A stretch of 64,000 bases of DNA, from positions 33,966,349 to 34,030,348 of the forward strand of contig NC_068990.1 in NCBI RefSeq assembly GCF_001194135.2. The letters are read 5' to 3'. The number at the start of each line of letters is the position of its first letter. Within the stretch, counting starts at the first letter, position 1. Under the pieces are notes generated by a model, which made no database searches, was not told where the DNA came from, and saw only the letters and a list, made by a program, of their open reading frames with translations. This stretch comes from Octopus bimaculoides. Taxonomy: Eukaryota. Below are positions 63,721 through 64,000 of the stretch, piece by piece. The translations under genes and the position numbers were made by a program.

Positions 63721-64000
63721 GGACAAACAAAAGGAACCAGCACATTTCTAATGAATCTTATTAGTTATACATTAGTTTTTATTCATATGAAAGCAATTTA
63801 ATCCATTCATAGCTGATAAAAAAAAAATCTCCTGGCATTCAATATAATTTTCTTTCATAGATATCATTATAAAGATGTTATTTTGGTATAAGGCTTTTGC
63901 TTTTCTTATTTTTTTTTTATTGTTTTTCAGTTTTGTTTGCTTTGTTTCGTTTTTATTTTTCAGCTGGTGTTTATCCACATACTACCACCACCACCACCAC

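Overview
AT-rich, microsatellite- and repeat-dense animal genomic DNA with 8 N-gaps. The repeat types suggest a coleoid cephalopod, most likely an Octopus short-read scaffold (inference, not a database result). Only one protein-coding exon is confidently recognisable: a 126-nt minus-strand exon (411-536) matching exon 2 of AGBL4/cytosolic carboxypeptidase 6. Its ATG-bearing upstream exon could not be pinned down, so much or all of the remaining ~63 kb is probably AGBL4 5' intron or upstream DNA. The rest is decayed RTE-type LINE fragments, at least three tRNA-headed SINE families, mariner and hAT relics, fold-back elements and mini/microsatellites. Nearly all ORFs in the supplied track are artefacts of microsatellites, gaps or repeats. 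The most interesting signal is a set of minimal type I hammerhead-ribozyme-like motifs of the Penelope/retrozyme type. Three lie on the AGBL4 sense strand: one has a U3:A8 core instead of C3:G8, one sits inside a long fold-back element, and two flank an unresolved gap. Also notable are a pre-miRNA-sized hairpin, several long palindromes and inverted repeats, and an RTE-derived 33-bp minisatellite. No rRNA, true tRNA gene, CRISPR array or intact transposase/RT ORF was seen. Repeat boundaries are approximate, and all folds were done by eye.
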